Shown: positions 18,257-26,489 of the stretch, piece after piece | Layout of the letters: each line of letters begins with the position of its first letter | How positions within the stretch are numbered: the first letter of the stretch is position 1 | Virus record (IMG/VR): IMGVR_UViG_3300048599_000739 | Coordinates: 1-45,600 of that record | Direction: 5' to 3' (one strand) | DNA: 45,600 bases | Source of the DNA: a virus | Lineage: Duplodnaviria; Caudoviricetes | Made by a program: the position numbers and the translations under genes | Notes under the pieces: model-generated | What the model saw: only the letters and a program-made list of their open reading frames with translations | What the model was told of the DNA's origin: nothing | The model's database searches: none

Positions 18257-19266
18257 CACTTGATCCCCCGAAGGAAATCGATGTCCGGCTCGCGCCAGCA
18301 GCGGCAGTTGATCCGGTTCGCCGCAACCGCCTGCGGATCACCAGGATATCGGATCGGTCCAAGATCAGACTGAAACGCCTCTCCATACTTCGCGGTCTGT
18401 CCGTCGAGATGCCGATGCGCCTCACGGACGCGCTTGTCCTTGGCGCTGCGCCATTTGAACGTCACGGCCTCACGATCAATTGTGCCTGACGCGATGGCCT
18501 GCTCAATCGCCTGATCCTGAGCGGTGTGCAAAGACGTGATCGTTTCCGACCGCGCGATGGTTTCGGCTCTATTCCGTAACGCCCTGTTTCGATAGGCGGT
18601 CAGCATCTTGGCCTTTAAGGCCGCGGGGATGGGCTTCCCGCTCTCTGCCGCCTTTCGCACCGACGAATCAAACCGCGCATCCCTGAGCTTCCTATTGAGC
18701 GCAGGGAGCGGGTTTTCACTCGATAGCTCGGCCTCGTAGTTTCGCAGCCACTGTTCCTGCGACGAGGTGAGGCCGATCACGCCGCCCTCACGCTTGCCCG
18801 TCGCCTTATTGATCCTTCCGACCAGATCAAGCGCCGTGGTCCTCGGATTTGCTCCCTGTGATAACCCGGCCCGCAGATAGTCTCGGATCATCGTCCGCTG
18901 ATCGTCCAATATTTCCCGCACCAGCGTTGACGAATAGGTCCGCAGCCAATTCTCAGCCGCAGGATTGCGGATGTTGAACTGAAACACCGTCCTGAAGCCG
19001 TCCGCGCCGCGAATGACCGGGATGATGGTTTCCGTGGCCAAAGCGCCCGCCTCGAAGGCGTTTGTGATCCCCTTATCGAATAGCCGGAACGACGCCGGAT
19101 CGAGCCCCACGGCCCGCAGAGCGCCTTCCACGTCCCGCCGTTCCAGCATTGCCGTGATCTGGGCAATGTCGGCCCGGCCACGCATGGCATAGACGGCATC
19201 CAGAAAGGCTTTGCGTAATACCGGCTCAAACTGGTCGATAAGTTGATCGAACCTGTTCACAGCCAT
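18256..19266 (-). CDS. Minor head morphogenesis protein (SPP1 gp7/Mu gpF-like)
   Basis: RAETIARSE, W....D.RVR.AH..LDG and YPGDP.....INCRC motifs. Confidence 0.85.
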   Translation of the reverse strand: MAVNRFDQLIDQFEPVLRKAFLDAVYAMRGRADIAQITAMLERRDVEGALRAVGLDPASFRLFDKGITNAFEAGALATETIIPVIRGADGFRTVFQFNIRNPAAENWLRTYSSTLVREILDDQRTMIRDYLRAGLSQGANPRTTALDLVGRINKATGKREGGVIGLTSSQEQWLRNYEAELSSENPLPALNRKLRDARFDSSVRKAAESGKPIPAALKAKMLTAYRNRALRNRAETIARSETITSLHTAQDQAIEQAIASGTIDREAVTFKWRSAKDKRVREAHRHLDGQTAKYGEAFQSDLGPIRYPGDPQAVAANRINCRCWREPDIDFLRGIK

Positions 19267-19466
19267 CAATGCACGCTCACCGTCTCAAACTTGCTGAAAT
19301 CGATCACGGCCCAGCGTCCGTCCGGTAGCGGAGCCACGGCAACTACCGCCTCGCTCACGTCATCGGTTTCGTCTTGGTGGATATCCAGCATCAATGCGAA
19401 GTGGACGATGTGGCCGGTATCGAGAATAGCGCAGCACTCGGAGCGGTTGATGGCGATGACTTCCAT
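19266..19466 (-). CDS. Small acidic hypothetical protein
   Basis: TGATG coupling at both ends. Confidence 0.65.
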   Translation of the reverse strand: MEVIAINRSECCAILDTGHIVHFALMLDIHQDETDDVSEAVVAVAPLPDGRWAVIDFSKFETVSVH

Positions 19467-19903
19467 CAGTCGTCGTGCCGTAAAACGGTGATCTCACCGC
19501 CCGTATGAGGATCGAAGTGAATGGCCGCCTTGATGGCCGTTTCTGCATCCGCTCCGGCGAACATCGCGCCGAGTGCCGGTTCTTTGCCGGAACCAAAAGC
19601 ATAGAACGGCGCATTCATCGTGAACCTGCCACGCGGCTCGAATACATCGATTACTCCGCTGCGCCGATAGACCACGCCACGGTCGAAGGATCGCTCCTCC
19701 TCTTTCGCTTCCGGCGGAGCGCCATTTTCGCCCGACAGGAACCAAGCATTGAATGCGTGATTGTATGATGCATCACCCGCTGCGCCGGCCATGTCACCGT
19801 CAGCGCGGCGCACGATCTTGACGATGCTCCCACACAGCACGCCGCCTTGACAGCAAGCCGTGTCAGCAGCGAGCACCCCGTCCTTGTAGGCAATTGTCGT
19901 CAT
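19466..19903 (-). CDS. Proteasome-beta/HslV-like Ntn threonine hydrolase
   Basis: Starts M-TTIAY; AAD, conserved Lys (IVKIV), AGD, GSG and D..TGG motifs; ATG 19903 overlaps the upstream TGA. Confidence 0.75.
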   Translation of the reverse strand: MTTIAYKDGVLAADTACCQGGVLCGSIVKIVRRADGDMAGAAGDASYNHAFNAWFLSGENGAPPEAKEEERSFDRGVVYRRSGVIDVFEPRGRFTMNAPFYAFGSGKEPALGAMFAGADAETAIKAAIHFDPHTGGEITVLRHDD

Positions 19904-20259
19904 CAGCCCATACGTCCCTGAATTTCCCATATCGATCGGTTCGACCCACCGTCGTCATAATCGATGATGGTGAAGGTGATGCCTTGAACAGTGATCCGCG
20001 CGCTCTTCACCGGCTCAATGGCTAGCGACTTCGCAAGCACGGTTACCTTTCGGTCAGACGCATCGATCAGAGAGTTCGCGCGGTAATAGGCGGAATACTT
20101 GGTCACATACGCCTTACACCCGAATGGCGTCGGCACCGGCGGCAACGGATCAGCCGGATCAGGACTGTCCTGCGGCACGTCCACGGTCATTACCGCGTCG
20201 TAGAACACGTCTCCGAACGCGCCATTCACCAAATCCGGGATGTCGTCGAGAATGGTCAT
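19903..20259 (-). CDS. Head closure/head-tail joining protein
   Basis: Size, synteny, SLIDASDRKV and WEIQGR motifs. Confidence 0.65.
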   Translation of the reverse strand: MTILDDIPDLVNGAFGDVFYDAVMTVDVPQDSPDPADPLPPVPTPFGCKAYVTKYSAYYRANSLIDASDRKVTVLAKSLAIEPVKSARITVQGITFTIIDYDDGGSNRSIWEIQGRMG

Positions 20260-20768
20260 CAGGCCCTCGCGACAAACGCGGTTGAGGTCTTGCCCTTGGC
20301 CGGGAGCAGGAACCCGCTCAATAGACCGTCGATGGCCGTGAATGCCGTCTCGATCGGTGCGTTGTCCGCGAAAGTGATATCGACCGAACCGGCCTGAATT
20401 TCCTTGATCGCCCCGCCCCGCTGCCGATCCGGCGACAGAATGCCGGGCTTGGCGATCTCACGGATGGCGGCTTCGCAGGTCGCATCCTTGATCTGCTGGG
20501 GTATCTTCGTCTCGTCGTAAGCCTCGCCGCGATAGACCACGCCAGCACGCGGCCATTCCAGGCTTTGCCAGACGTCAGTAGCCGCGCCGGGGAAACGAAT
20601 GCGGTAGGTCGCATCGATCCAAGCCGTGGCACGGCGCAAGGCCTGTTCTGCCGGCTCAATAGGCGATGCCGCAAATGCTAGTCCCTTCTTGGCGGCATAG
20701 GCCGATGCCTCTTCTACGGAGCAATACGAGTCTGAGCTCTGGCCACCGACTTCAACAATCAAACTCAT
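20259..20768 (-). CDS. Head-tail adaptor (DnaT-like family)
   Basis: SYCSVEEA, EQALRRAT.WID, QSLEWPR and IP.QIK.ATCEAA motifs. Confidence 0.8.
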   Translation of the reverse strand: MSLIVEVGGQSSDSYCSVEEASAYAAKKGLAFAASPIEPAEQALRRATAWIDATYRIRFPGAATDVWQSLEWPRAGVVYRGEAYDETKIPQQIKDATCEAAIREIAKPGILSPDRQRGGAIKEIQAGSVDITFADNAPIETAFTAIDGLLSGFLLPAKGKTSTAFVARA

Positions 20769-21589
20769 GCGGCAACCTCAGTTTTTGTACGGTAATTCTG
20801 CGCGGCCTCTCGTGCGCCACGGCGGGGTATGTCGTACCGGCGCATAAACGCTTGAATATAGGTCGGGTCGCAGCCCTTCATCTTTGCGATCTCTATTGTC
20901 GAACGACGCTCGCGCCAATAGAGATCGGCCAATTCTTCCTTGCTGATCGAAAACGGAACGTCTCGCTTGTTCGCTATCGGTTTCGACACCAATTCGCGGT
21001 CGATTAGTCCGGCAAAAAACGCCGCGAACACGTTCTCTCGCCCCTTTGTTTGAAGGTGATGCTTGCGGCATAGCGTGATAGCGTTGTCATCATTAAATGT
21101 GTGGCGCGGGGACTTGGCCACAGGAATGATGTGATGAACCTCAAGCGGCCTATAAACATTAAGACCGAGGCTATCGCACCATCTGCATCGGCCTCCATCT
21201 CTCTTGATTATGCCTAGTCTCCAGTCCCTGTATCTCTTCGTCAGCCCAATCGACAAACGTAGTTTCGAATTACCACCTTTCCACGCCGGGTGGGATTGGC
21301 CGCTATAATAGCGGCCGGCGCACGCCAGAGAACAAAAGACGCGCCTCTTAACGAGAGAGGGGATGCCCTCCATCAAGAGCCCGCAATTCTTACATGGCTT
21401 GCTTGACTTGAGACGGCGACCAGCCGTCCCCTTCCCCCATTTACGCCCGACCATAGATTGATTGTGGCACGCTTTCGAACAGTAAAAATGCGCCCCAACT
21501 TGAGACGCATACTGCATCTTTCCCGTTCCGCATATTTCGCAAACGTATTGCTGTTTAGGGCTACCTATGAAAGGCTTTCCCTTAGCCAT
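20765..21589 (-). CDS. HNH homing endonuclease with Zn-binding repeats and C-terminal HTH
   Basis: CEIC..YCSKAC and CKNC..FCSLAC repeats; HPAWKGG; RDGGRCRWC...LEVHHI...NAITLCRKHH. Confidence 0.9.
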   Translation of the reverse strand: MAKGKPFIGSPKQQYVCEICGTGKMQYASQVGAHFYCSKACHNQSMVGRKWGKGTAGRRLKSSKPCKNCGLLMEGIPSLVKRRVFCSLACAGRYYSGQSHPAWKGGNSKLRLSIGLTKRYRDWRLGIIKRDGGRCRWCDSLGLNVYRPLEVHHIIPVAKSPRHTFNDDNAITLCRKHHLQTKGRENVFAAFFAGLIDRELVSKPIANKRDVPFSISKEELADLYWRERRSTIEIAKMKGCDPTYIQAFMRRYDIPRRGAREAAQNYRTKTEVAA

Positions 21590-21590
21590 G

Positions 21591-21696
21591 GCGATGCTCC
21601 TATCATCGGCGTGGTTAGAGCCGTCGAGGTGTTTCCAGCACCTCGGCGGTTCGCTCTTACTACCATGCCGGCGCTGCGATGTGAATCATCGGCGTG
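21591..21696 (-). promoter_or_regulatory. Structured HNH leader: two direct-repeat hairpins flanking a longer hairpin
   Basis: On +, GCGATG-n-ATCATCGGCGTG at 21591-21613 and 21676-21696; CGAGGTG/CACCTCG stem between them; the SD (AGGAG) lies in the loop of the proximal hairpin. Confidence 0.5.
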
Positions 21697-21709
21697 ACGT
21701 TCAAAGCCA

Positions 21710-21955
21710 TCAGACCGCCCTCGCCTTGGCTTCGCTCTCCGTCTCATACGGACCGGATACGAGGTCCTTGCCGAGCTTGACGTAGAACTTGCCGCGCGGA
21801 CCTTTGCCGACCGTCAGACCTTCCGTCTTGCGCTCGCCCTCATCGTTTGCAGGCGATGCATCACCCGCCGCGACCCGCTCGTAATGGCGATTGCGGATGG
21901 CTTGAATTTCTGCACGGCGCGCCATCTCGGCGTCGCTCGGCTTCTGATACGTCAT
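21710..21955 (-). CDS. Small head-associated hypothetical protein
   Basis: GAGG RBS; directly after the capsid terminator. Confidence 0.7.
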   Translation of the reverse strand: MTYQKPSDAEMARRAEIQAIRNRHYERVAAGDASPANDEGERKTEGLTVGKGPRGKFYVKLGKDLVSGPYETESEAKARAV

Positions 21956-21973
21956 GACGGCCTCTTGAATTGG

Positions 21974-21998
21974 AAAAGGGCGGGAGTGATCCCGCCCT
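21974..21998 (-). terminator. Intrinsic terminator after the major capsid gene
   Basis: AGGGCGGGA-TCAC-TCCCGCCCT stem followed by a short T run on the minus strand. Confidence 0.75.
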
Positions 21999-22018
21999 CA
22001 TTGTCGTTGCCGCGCTGG

Positions 22019-22984
22019 TTACGCGATCTTGTGGACCAGCTTCACGATGCGGATGTTCTTGTTCTCGTACACGCGGGTCCAGTTGGCCTTGGCCGCCAAC
22101 TCGGTGTTGCTCGGCGTATCCTTGGCCGGGACGCCCGAACCGGGGTCCCACTTGATGCCGCGGGGATGCAGGACGAAATGCCGGCGGTTGATGAGATATT
22201 CCTCACCGCCGTTTTTCAGGCCTTCGCGCTGCGTCTCGGACGGGGTTTTCGGCGTGCCCTCGGCATAGCCGATCGCACCCGCGCCGAACAGATACGTGGT
22301 GTACTTGCCCGTGCTGACCGGCATCCCGTCGTCGACGATGACGCGCTTGCCCTGATACAGGCTGATCTCTTCCTTCCCGTCTTCCGGCGGGATGGTTTCG
22401 ATCAGGCCCTGCTTCTTCATCAGGCGGTGCGTGGCAGAGTGAACAGCGAGCGCCTGAATCTTGCCCTCGGCGTCGCCCATGGTGCCAAGTGCGTCGATGA
22501 ATGCATCGCTGTCGAGCACGGCCGCCGCGCCGGACAGTGCCGAGATATCGAGCGTGTTCTTACTCTCGTCACTCATGGCCCCCATCGCGCCGTTGAGCAC
22601 GTTGATGGTGACCTTCTGCATCTGACGCGCCCACTTCGCGGCCATCAGATCACCGATGGCTCGCATCGGATCATCGCCGGCCAGAGCACCCGACAAGTCG
22701 GTTGCGCCGTAGACCAGAGCACGACCGTTGACCACCGCTACGTCCTTCGACGCGACGATGTTCGAAACGGTCAGGTCCGTGCTGGTATCGAGCACCTGAT
22801 CGTCGCCGGTCAAGTCCTGCCAGAACGGCATCTGGATCGTGGAGCCGCCCTCGCCCAGCGAGATATCGCTGACCGTGGAGACGATGCCGGCCTGCCAGAG
22901 TGCGGACAGTTCGGCGGTGCGCTCGATAACGTAAGGATTGAAGATTTCGGGGACGATGACATCGCCCAACTTGGTAGCAGCCAT
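22019..22984 (-). CDS. Major capsid protein
   Basis: TKLGDVIVPEIF, MPFWQDL, GDDPM.AI, VHS, VIVDDG and LHPRG motifs; AGGAG RBS. Confidence 0.92.
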   Translation of the reverse strand: MAATKLGDVIVPEIFNPYVIERTAELSALWQAGIVSTVSDISLGEGGSTIQMPFWQDLTGDDQVLDTSTDLTVSNIVASKDVAVVNGRALVYGATDLSGALAGDDPMRAIGDLMAAKWARQMQKVTINVLNGAMGAMSDESKNTLDISALSGAAAVLDSDAFIDALGTMGDAEGKIQALAVHSATHRLMKKQGLIETIPPEDGKEEISLYQGKRVIVDDGMPVSTGKYTTYLFGAGAIGYAEGTPKTPSETQREGLKNGGEEYLINRRHFVLHPRGIKWDPGSGVPAKDTPSNTELAAKANWTRVYENKNIRIVKLVHKIA

Positions 22985-23027
22985 GGTGATTTCTCCTGTG
23001 TCTGGCTGATTTCACGATTTGAAACAG

Positions 23028-23071
23028 GCCAGGCATCGCCATGGCTGTTGGTTGGTGGCGGCATCGCCGCC
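23028..23071 (-). promoter_or_regulatory. Two GC-GAU-GC triloop hairpins in the capsid 5' UTR
   Basis: On +, gcca-ggc-atc-gcc-a-tggc (23028-23045) and ggcggc-atc-gccgcc (23057-23071). Confidence 0.45.
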
Positions 23072-23084
23072 GTGTGGCTGCCTC

Positions 23085-23912
23085 TTACGAGGCGAGAGGC
23101 AGGCGAGCCGCGTTGGCCGCCGCCAAATCCTTGAAACCGGCCGCTCGGGCCAGCCGTTCCGCCTTGTTGCGGTCCGTCTGCATGAGACGGCCCTGCTCGG
23201 TCTTGTTCCAGCGGTCCTTGGCGTAGGGGTTATTCTCGGTGCCGCGATTGTGTCGGGAGCCCGGCGCGTCATCCAGCTTCGCGGGAGACACGAACACCTT
23301 GCCTTCGTCGCCGGCCGCCCAATCGGCGACGAACTTGTCCAGCGGCATCGGACCCATGTCGGTTTCGACCGTGGCCGAGAACTGGCCGTCTTCTTCGACC
23401 AACTTGATCAGGCCGCTTTCCTTGAGCTGGGCACGCGCCGCCTTCTTGAACTTCGGGTCGATGCCGGCGGCGTCGAGTGCCGAATTGAGGCCGTCATCCA
23501 CCAGCGTGCGATTGATCACGCCTTCCAGGACCTTGATGCGGTCGTCCTTCTTGCCGAGTTCGGTCGTGTGCTTGCGTTCAAGCTGCTCACGGACCCGCGC
23601 GACCTGCTCGTCAGGCTTCGGACCATCCTTGCCATCGGCAATAGCCTTGATGCGCTCGTATTCTTCGGCGGTGAAGTCGTCGGGCAGTCCTTCCAATCGG
23701 GCCTTGGCGGCGTTGAGTTCCGTCGTGAGCGTCTTGTTGGCCTGCTTCTGCCGCTCATGGGCGGTCTTGAGATTGACCACGACCGGGTGAGCATCGACGC
23801 CTTCGACGTCCAGCACGAACACCGTCTTGTCGCCGATCTTCTGTTCCTTGTATTCGCCATGGAGTGCTTCCGGCACATCGGCCAGATCGTCCACAATCGC
23901 CTTGAGAGCCAT
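23085..23912 (-). CDS. Capsid scaffolding protein
   Basis: MALKAIVDDL..VPE...EY start; coiled coil; NPY...WN.TEQ..L C-terminus; AGGAG RBS before ATG 23912. Confidence 0.85.
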   Translation of the reverse strand: MALKAIVDDLADVPEALHGEYKEQKIGDKTVFVLDVEGVDAHPVVVNLKTAHERQKQANKTLTTELNAAKARLEGLPDDFTAEEYERIKAIADGKDGPKPDEQVARVREQLERKHTTELGKKDDRIKVLEGVINRTLVDDGLNSALDAAGIDPKFKKAARAQLKESGLIKLVEEDGQFSATVETDMGPMPLDKFVADWAAGDEGKVFVSPAKLDDAPGSRHNRGTENNPYAKDRWNKTEQGRLMQTDRNKAERLARAAGFKDLAAANAARLPLAS

Positions 23913-23950
23913 CGGCTCGTTCTCCTGTGTGATTGCCCGCGTCGCAGGCG

Positions 23951-24487
23951 TTAAGCGGCTCTGGCGAGCCATGAGGCGTCAGGCCGGCCCAGCAAGTCCG
24001 CTGTCCAGCCCGACATTGAGCGCACGTAAGGCGCCATCTCTACTTGATGCTTAAGCCATGCCTTGTGGTAGGCGCTGGCCTCTTGCCACGGCGCGGCATC
24101 GAAGAAATGAGCGGCGTCCGCATTCATCGGAACGCCAGCCAATACGATCCGGTCGCATCCGCATTCCAGCGCGACCTTGACCGCGAAAAGCCCGGACGAA
24201 CCGGCCCAATCATCCGTCGTTCGATCTATCCGGGCCTCAACCTTCCCGTTAGGACCGGACGCCTTATGCGCCCACGTCTGCGGCTCGTTGAAGCCGTTGC
24301 GCCGCCGCTCGTTGATCCAGCGATGCAGGAATTCAGGGTGCAGCGTTGCTGCGATGTCCAGATGTCCAGCCCAAGCACCGATCATATCGTTGACGGCGAT
24401 GGTCAGATCGGGCCGGAACAGATCGAGTGCGGCGGCGGCATCTCCCCAGACGCAAGCCGCCCCCCCGAGGATCAACGCGCTCCGCAC
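23951..24487 (-). CDS. Maf/DUF115/GT29-like Rossmann-fold putative glycosyltransferase
   Basis: ALILGGA, IAVND, SSGLFAV..A...GCDRIVLAGVPM and HFF motifs resemble the sialyltransferase/Maf fold. Confidence 0.55.
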   Translation of the reverse strand: MRSALILGGAACVWGDAAAALDLFRPDLTIAVNDMIGAWAGHLDIAATLHPEFLHRWINERRRNGFNEPQTWAHKASGPNGKVEARIDRTTDDWAGSSGLFAVKVALECGCDRIVLAGVPMNADAAHFFDAAPWQEASAYHKAWLKHQVEMAPYVRSMSGWTADLLGRPDASWLARAA

Positions 24488-24645
24488 GCCTTCAACATCG
24501 CCTCGGCGCGACGGATCATCCGAACCGCCTCAGCCTTTGTCTTGGGCTTTGTGATGCGCTCGGGGCGCTGATAGGTGCTACGCGCCTTCGCCTTGGTTTT
24601 CTTCACCACGGGCTTCCGTAGGGCTTTCCTGACCGCCTTCGCCAT
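24472..24645 (-). CDS. Very basic 57-aa protein; missing from the ORF track
   Basis: MAKAVRKALRKPVVKKTKAKARSTYQRPERITKPKTKAEAVRMIRRAEAMLKACGAR; GGAG RBS; fills the gap exactly. Confidence 0.75.
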   Translation of the reverse strand: MAKAVRKALRKPVVKKTKAKARSTYQRPERITKPKTKAEAVRMIRRAEAMLKACGAR

Positions 24646-24647
24646 TG

Positions 24648-25232
24648 TTATCTCCGTTCAAACGCCAGCCACGTCCCTTCGACGTGCTGGATTGCAAATC
24701 CCCTCGCCGCTCGTTCCTCAAGAACCGTCTTCACATCGACGGTCCCGAGGTCGTGATAATCGTGGTAGATGATCACTCCGCCCGGCCTTACCAGCGCCTC
24801 GGCAAGCCTGATATCGTGACGCACCGCGGCGTGCCCGTGATCGCCGTCGATGAACATCACATCGCATTCCGACAGGTCGCTCGGCTCAAGGTCGAGCGAG
24901 CCGCGTTTCCGCAGGATAAGTTCAAACCTCGGGTCGTCCGCAGCCATCCATCCGGGGCGCTCAGGTCGCTCGTTGCGCTGCACCTTCATCGCGGGGACGT
25001 AGCCCGCCTCAACATCGACGCCCTGATAGCGATCGATGCCATCGACGTTCTGCAGGATGGCCTTGGCGGTGCGACCCTCGTTCGTGCCGATCTCAATCAC
25101 CACCTTGGGCGACACGCCGCGGACGAGCGCGGCCAGAACCTCAAGTTCGCCGGGGTTCATGTATCGCTGCGTCAACCCCGTCCAATCGATGGACTGAACG
25201 TCAAGCTGCGACTGAGCGATGGTTGGCAGCAA
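24648..25232 (-). CDS. Class I SAM-dependent methyltransferase (Methyltransf_24-like); start uncertain (TTG about 25232)
   Basis: VIEIGTNEGRT motif I, FIDGDH, VRPGGVIIYHDY. Confidence 0.85.
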   Translation of the reverse strand: MLPTIAQSQLDVQSIDWTGLTQRYMNPGELEVLAALVRGVSPKVVIEIGTNEGRTAKAILQNVDGIDRYQGVDVEAGYVPAMKVQRNERPERPGWMAADDPRFELILRKRGSLDLEPSDLSECDVMFIDGDHGHAAVRHDIRLAEALVRPGGVIIYHDYHDLGTVDVKTVLEERAARGFAIQHVEGTWLAFERR

Positions 25233-26118
25233 CAAATTCCGAGATGCGCTCCCGCGCAGCGTCGATGTCGATCCGCTTGTCGCAGCGTTCGTCATGCCTG
25301 AAACTGTCCGTTGGTTTGATCGGCTCGACGCCGAGATAGGGCGAATAGCGGGCACCAGCCGAGAACGAATAGGCGCGCTCATACCCGCCGAAGATCGAGA
25401 CAACCGGCGTTCCGACAGCTTGAGCCAAAATCACCGCGAAGCCCGGCGAGCAGAACACCAGCGAGGAAAGCGAAAACAACCCGGCCAGCGCCTCGAAATC
25501 GAGTTCGCCGCCATGAAACTTCTGGTCCGCAGCGATCCGATGGCCGGCGATCCATTCGACGCCGGGCACAAGGTCAGCCACGGATATGACGTGGAAACGG
25601 TCCCTGATGCTCAGAAACAGATCAAGGTAAGCGTCGTGATCCGGGTTGCGTGCTGCGCATCCGCTCCATTCCCTGCGCTCTACGAGCGGCCTGTAGATCA
25701 TAATCGGCTTGGCCGGGTTGCCGACGAATGATCTGGCCCCGTCCTGCCATTCCTTCGGAACGGGCAAGCTGAAATCCGCCGTCTCAATGCTGGCCCCGGT
25801 ATTGGCGCACATTGCTCCCAGCACAGAGCCGTGCCGCTTCACTTCCTCGGGCCGATACCAAACCGCTATTTCCTTCGCGCCGGCCGGCGGTCTATCCTGA
25901 CAGAACAGCCCGGCCTCACGTCTGGCGTTTTTGGTTTGCGTCCGCAGCGACGTTGTTTTGTGAACAATTCTCAGCCCCTGCCCGACCAGATCGTAGTACG
26001 GCGCGACCCACGACGATTCCAGCCAGACCTGACCGCGAACCATAAGCTGACGCAGCAAGGCGCGCTGATGCAGATTGTCGCCCAACCCATGCATCCCCCG
26101 CACGATGATATCGCTCAC
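25201..26118 (-). CDS. GT-B glycosyltransferase, GT9/heptosyltransferase-like
   Basis: N-terminal GMHGLGDN; C-terminal LAGLFSLSSLVF...ILAQAVGTPVVSIFG. Confidence 0.75.
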   Translation of the reverse strand: MSDIIVRGMHGLGDNLHQRALLRQLMVRGQVWLESSWVAPYYDLVGQGLRIVHKTTSLRTQTKNARREAGLFCQDRPPAGAKEIAVWYRPEEVKRHGSVLGAMCANTGASIETADFSLPVPKEWQDGARSFVGNPAKPIMIYRPLVERREWSGCAARNPDHDAYLDLFLSIRDRFHVISVADLVPGVEWIAGHRIAADQKFHGGELDFEALAGLFSLSSLVFCSPGFAVILAQAVGTPVVSIFGGYERAYSFSAGARYSPYLGVEPIKPTDSFRHDERCDKRIDIDAARERISEFVAANHRSVAA

Positions 26119-26489
26119 TCTGCCGGCTCTGTCGTCGGCCGCGGCGGGATGACACTCAGATCAATCTCACCGATATGACCAGGGTGGATCAGCGTATAGG
26201 AAATGCGCCCATGAGGCTTCAGCGTCGGCTTGTCGCCGAGCCGCAGACAATTCCCAAGGACACCACTTATGGCCCCACAGATCGCAGAAACGAGTTCGTC
26301 CGGCGGATATGCCTGATCAGTCCAAGCAACAGCAATCAGATCGATGTCGCGCTTTAGGCTACCGTGAACCGCAACGGCATACCCCTTGAATTTAGCAGCC
26401 TCGCGGATCGCCGGAAGAACCGCGTCGAGAATTGACCGATTGAACGCGCCGGTCGCTTCCCGGATCACCGGGATTTCGTCCTTGCTCAT
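26115..26489 (-). CDS. Minimal Pol-beta-superfamily nucleotidyltransferase
   Basis: VHGSLKRDIDL (GS..D.D) plus a third Asp in EIDLSV; ATGA-coupled to the portal gene. Confidence 0.7.
   Translation of the reverse strand: MSKDEIPVIREATGAFNRSILDAVLPAIREAAKFKGYAVAVHGSLKRDIDLIAVAWTDQAYPPDELVSAICGAISGVLGNCLRLGDKPTLKPHGRISYTLIHPGHIGEIDLSVIPPRPTTEPAE

Noticed and set aside
20765-21696. HNH plus structured RNA as an IscB/HEARO-type RNA-guided nuclease
   Set aside because: No PLMP or split RuvC motifs, the leader is only about 120 nt, and no transposon ends were seen
21884-23954. 416-aa and 311-aa plus-strand ORFs
   Set aside because: Mirror frames of the capsid and scaffold genes
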